DNA of 62,480 nt, the filler included, from Basidiobolus meristosporus CBS 931.73 (taxonomy: Eukaryota; Fungi; Basidiobolomycota), in NCBI GenBank assembly GCA_002104905.1. It is 5 parts of 5 records of this genome, joined end to end, with 100 filler letters (N's around TTAATTAATTAA, not from the genome) between each part and the next. Parts side by side here need not be neighbours in the genome. Positions count along the whole stretch, not along the records: positions 54,602 to 62,480 come from MCFE01001346.1; 4 more parts are not named here. One strand, written 5' to 3'. The position numbers and the translations under genes were made by a program. Positions 59,500-62,480 of the stretch are shown in pieces; the first letter of the stretch is position 1; the number at the start of each line of letters is the position of its first letter. Below the pieces are notes generated by a model, which had not been told where the DNA came from, ran no database searches, and worked only from the letters and a program-made list of their open reading frames with translations.

Positions 59500-62480
59500 T
59501 TTCTTTCAGTTTACTATCAATCGATCCGTAGGCCTATTCCACGTAGCCACATGGAAGTGAGTGTTGTTAGCGGCACGGGAAATGTTCAAATTACAAGCCA
59601 AATAATATATATTAGCGTCCAAAGTACATGGCCAACTGAGTGATGGTATACCCAGCACACCCTGGGTCGATGAAAATGTCAATGAGGGGAACGAACCATG
59701 ATCCTGTAGATAACTAGCTGACGGGTTCGGCAAATCTCATTTCTATGGAACACCTGGTACGAACTGTATACGGGTTGGAGTCAATGAGTGTAATTATAGC
59801 AATCACCTGCGATGGGAAATTTCCGTTTATGTATGTAAGTACTCCCTGTTTTCAATCGAAGGATAATTTATCCAGCAATGGCTAAAGTCCAGCATAAAGG
59901 CATCTCACTCCAATTGGCAAAAGTTCTTCCTGGGATGCGAGTGTCCAGGAGACGTCCAGTATACCCTAAGGCCTAGACTCGCAATGCCAAGTCCGCTTCG
60001 AATCAAAGGAGGCCAATTTGTCTGTTTTGACCCGATGGTAAAGTCGACGGTGTCACGAGTATCTGTCAAACGTCTTAAGCTTAGGCCAGGGGTTTGTCTC
60101 ACATGCTATCGCGCGGCGCTAGTCAGCATGATGTATTCCCGCTGCTGGCATTTATTTGTATTGGGATACCTAATATAAGGTTGGGGATCAATATTCCAAT
60201 CTAAGGAAATCAAACCTTGCTTTAAATGGCAGACACCTAGCAAATAATCGGGCCTTACCAAGGGCACAGATACTACGAGAATAGTCAGCACTAGCACGTT
60301 TTCTAAATTGATTCCTAGGTGAGGTCGGCCAATGAACAGGCTCCAACACTCGGTCAATGTTTTTCAATATTTTGGAGGGTTTGCAAAACATTACCTACAT
60401 CTGAATCAGCTCATTGAGTGCTCGTCACCGCCATGTTGCAAATTGGAGGTTTGTCCGTTTGTACGTTTGTACGCCATACGCGGATTGGATCGTCAAGCGG
60501 TTGCGTAGATATGTGTGCTGATGGTTGGGGTGCATATCACAAATTGTCCACCATCTGATTGGTGATCGCGGGCTGGGTTAGCGCTCTCGGGACAGAGGGC
60601 AGCGTTCTAGACTACGGGAGGTACATTCAAGTGAGGTTCCTGTCTTGCGGGCCAAAACCCGGCCTAGCACGGTATGTGGAATGATATCATTGTGCATGAG
60701 TGCGAAATGGTCTGTGACTCCATCGGTAGTTTGATCTTCAATGGCTGTTGCTTTCGCTCATTAGAAATCCGACTCAATGTTTATTCCGTGGTGGTAAGTG
60801 ATATCATGTTTGACGAGAAACAGTTTTATCCCACATGGTGCCTCGTGGTGAGTGGTTAATCTATGCAGAGTGGGATGTTTTGTACTAAGCCAGCAGGTAA
60901 ATGATGTTCTACTGCCCAGCTGCCAAACCAGGCAACAATTAATGGCTCGGTAGATCCCATTTCTAGGTGATACATATCTGCATGAAAGATCAACCTATCG
61001 GTACCACTGATCTTTGAGGGATCCTTCGCGAAGTACGTCATAGCGTAGTCGAATATTTCATTTTGGATGATTCACACTTGCACCTCTGACATAATTGTTT
61101 CGCCAGGTATTCTCAACTCAGTCACCCACTGTGTGTTGCATGACCCGCTGAGCTGAAACCATCGACGGCTAGCTCTTGCCTCTCCCCTCATTCCCCTCGA
61201 TCTCCAAGAAACATTCTCGTTGGAGTTCACCCAGTGGCAGTCTGAAGGATGTCTGCGATTGGATTCACGGCATTTGAATTCGTTCTGAACAATATGGGTG
61301 CTTTTTTAGTACTTGCCTTTCATCCTGATACGTGCCTCGGATATTCTGTGGAGTGCGATGAAATCCGAGTTTCCCATTATTGTTGTGTGGAAGTCTATTA
61401 CTATTTGGAGGTTATCTCGAGATTTTGGGAGTGACCTTCATGATGCGGTCGAATGGGTAATCTTTTGAAACAAGCGGAAAGCACACTTCCAAACCGGCCC
61501 AGGTGCCATTTAAGTATGCCGAACAACGGTTAAGTGATGATAGGCCCATTTCATTTGGATTTCCTTTACCTGGGGTTGATTGCAGTCGATTTTTGGTTCA
61601 ATCTAGCTTTGGAATTGGTTTGTCGGTTCGAAATATCTGTGTTACCGGATTTCACCAACGACTCCATGATTGTATCATCCAGCCCTAACCCCATATATCC
61701 CTTCGTTTCCAAGCCTGCTACAGTCCAGAGTTTCTTGGATTGGTATCGAAGTCATAGATACATATTGGCAGTCTCATGAACCCTTTTTGAGGAAACCATG
61801 GCTGACAAATACGCATTTCCCAATACGAAAAGAAATACTTAGCGGCGTTGTTGCTGAGGGTTTTACACTGGTGGTGCCTCGATGTCCAATAGTGACTATT
61901 TGTTGGAAATACTAGGTATTGGTGGCAATTCTCTTGGTTATTTTTGACCAATCATTGGATACGTCTTGAAACTTCATGATGAGATGAGATCGAAACACTT
62001 GTCCTTGAAAAGTGGATCCCCTTCAGTGCGTGGTTGGCCCACGAGCAGCGTTCAAGTGACCACGCAGCGACTCACAAATCGAATGTCTGGTATATTGGCA
62101 AATATCCCTTTGGTAAAATCTCAAACATGGATGTTTGCTGGTTTTCCGCTGGTGTTTCTACCATCGTTACATGACATCATAATGGTATTTCACCACGCTG
62201 ATTGAAATGTATGCCGGATTACTTAAGGAATGCGAGGAAACCAGTGGCTAGATTTCTAGTTTTGCACCTGAGGATGGATGGAGGTTCGCATATCACTTTG
62301 AGTATTGTACCTGGAGTTAGATTTTTGCGGATATCCAAATGGTATCCTGATGGCATCCTTCGGAAATTCCTACTGGGGTTAGTAAATCCATATGGGAGCA
62401 GCACTTATGCTTCAACATTCCAAAGTCATTCTAAATTCCCTACTACTATTAGCACCATACTATGTATCCCAAGCTGGTAG
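59500..62480 (-). CDS. Multi-exon gene with apparent indels, possibly nucleoporin Nup85-like (tentative)
   Basis: Minus-strand segments IFDYAMTYF...TDRLIFHA...FGSWAVEHHL, LERCPL and RNRL recall Nup85 motifs from memory; GT donors present; frame not fully reconstructed. Confidence 0.35.

Overview
Eukaryotic DNA, most likely fungal: short GT-AG introns with CTAAC/CTGAC branch sites and a TTAGGG telomere. An early-diverging lineage such as Basidiobolus is my inference, not a verified assignment. The window is five unrelated contigs joined by artificial 100-nt spacers (N44-TTAATTAATTAA-N44): 1-18118, 18219-28640, 28741-42331, 42432-54501 and 54602-62480. Host genes are an alpha-carbonic anhydrase, a DHA2-type MFS transporter, a GST-like protein, a urease 3' end, two bacterial-type DUF3291 copies, OPI10/Hikeshi, a C2H2 zinc-finger gene, a possible Nup85, tRNA-Pro(CGG), tRNA-Arg(CCT) and U6 snRNA. 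Repeats include copia and gypsy LTR elements, solo LTRs with 5-bp TSDs, foldback MITEs and Harbinger/CACTA remnants. The standout feature is a telomere-associated retroelement system. Contig 1 ends in (TTAGGG)29, preceded by about 10 kb of head-to-tail, same-orientation non-LTR units; contig 3 ends in a second array of the same families. Most units start at 1-3 TTAGGG-like repeats and lack poly(A). They share a structured 3' tail (UGGCUU, variable hairpin, AUUUCACC-loop-GGUGA, C-tract, CUAA(CCCUAA)). Four families carry this tail: two APE+RT LINEs, an ORF1-only element and a non-coding SINE-like element. In LINE family A, ORF1 and ORF2 are in frame, separated by a single UGA, and ORF2 has no start AUG. 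Several conserved genes carry 1-bp indels, mostly in homopolymers, that are probably assembly errors.
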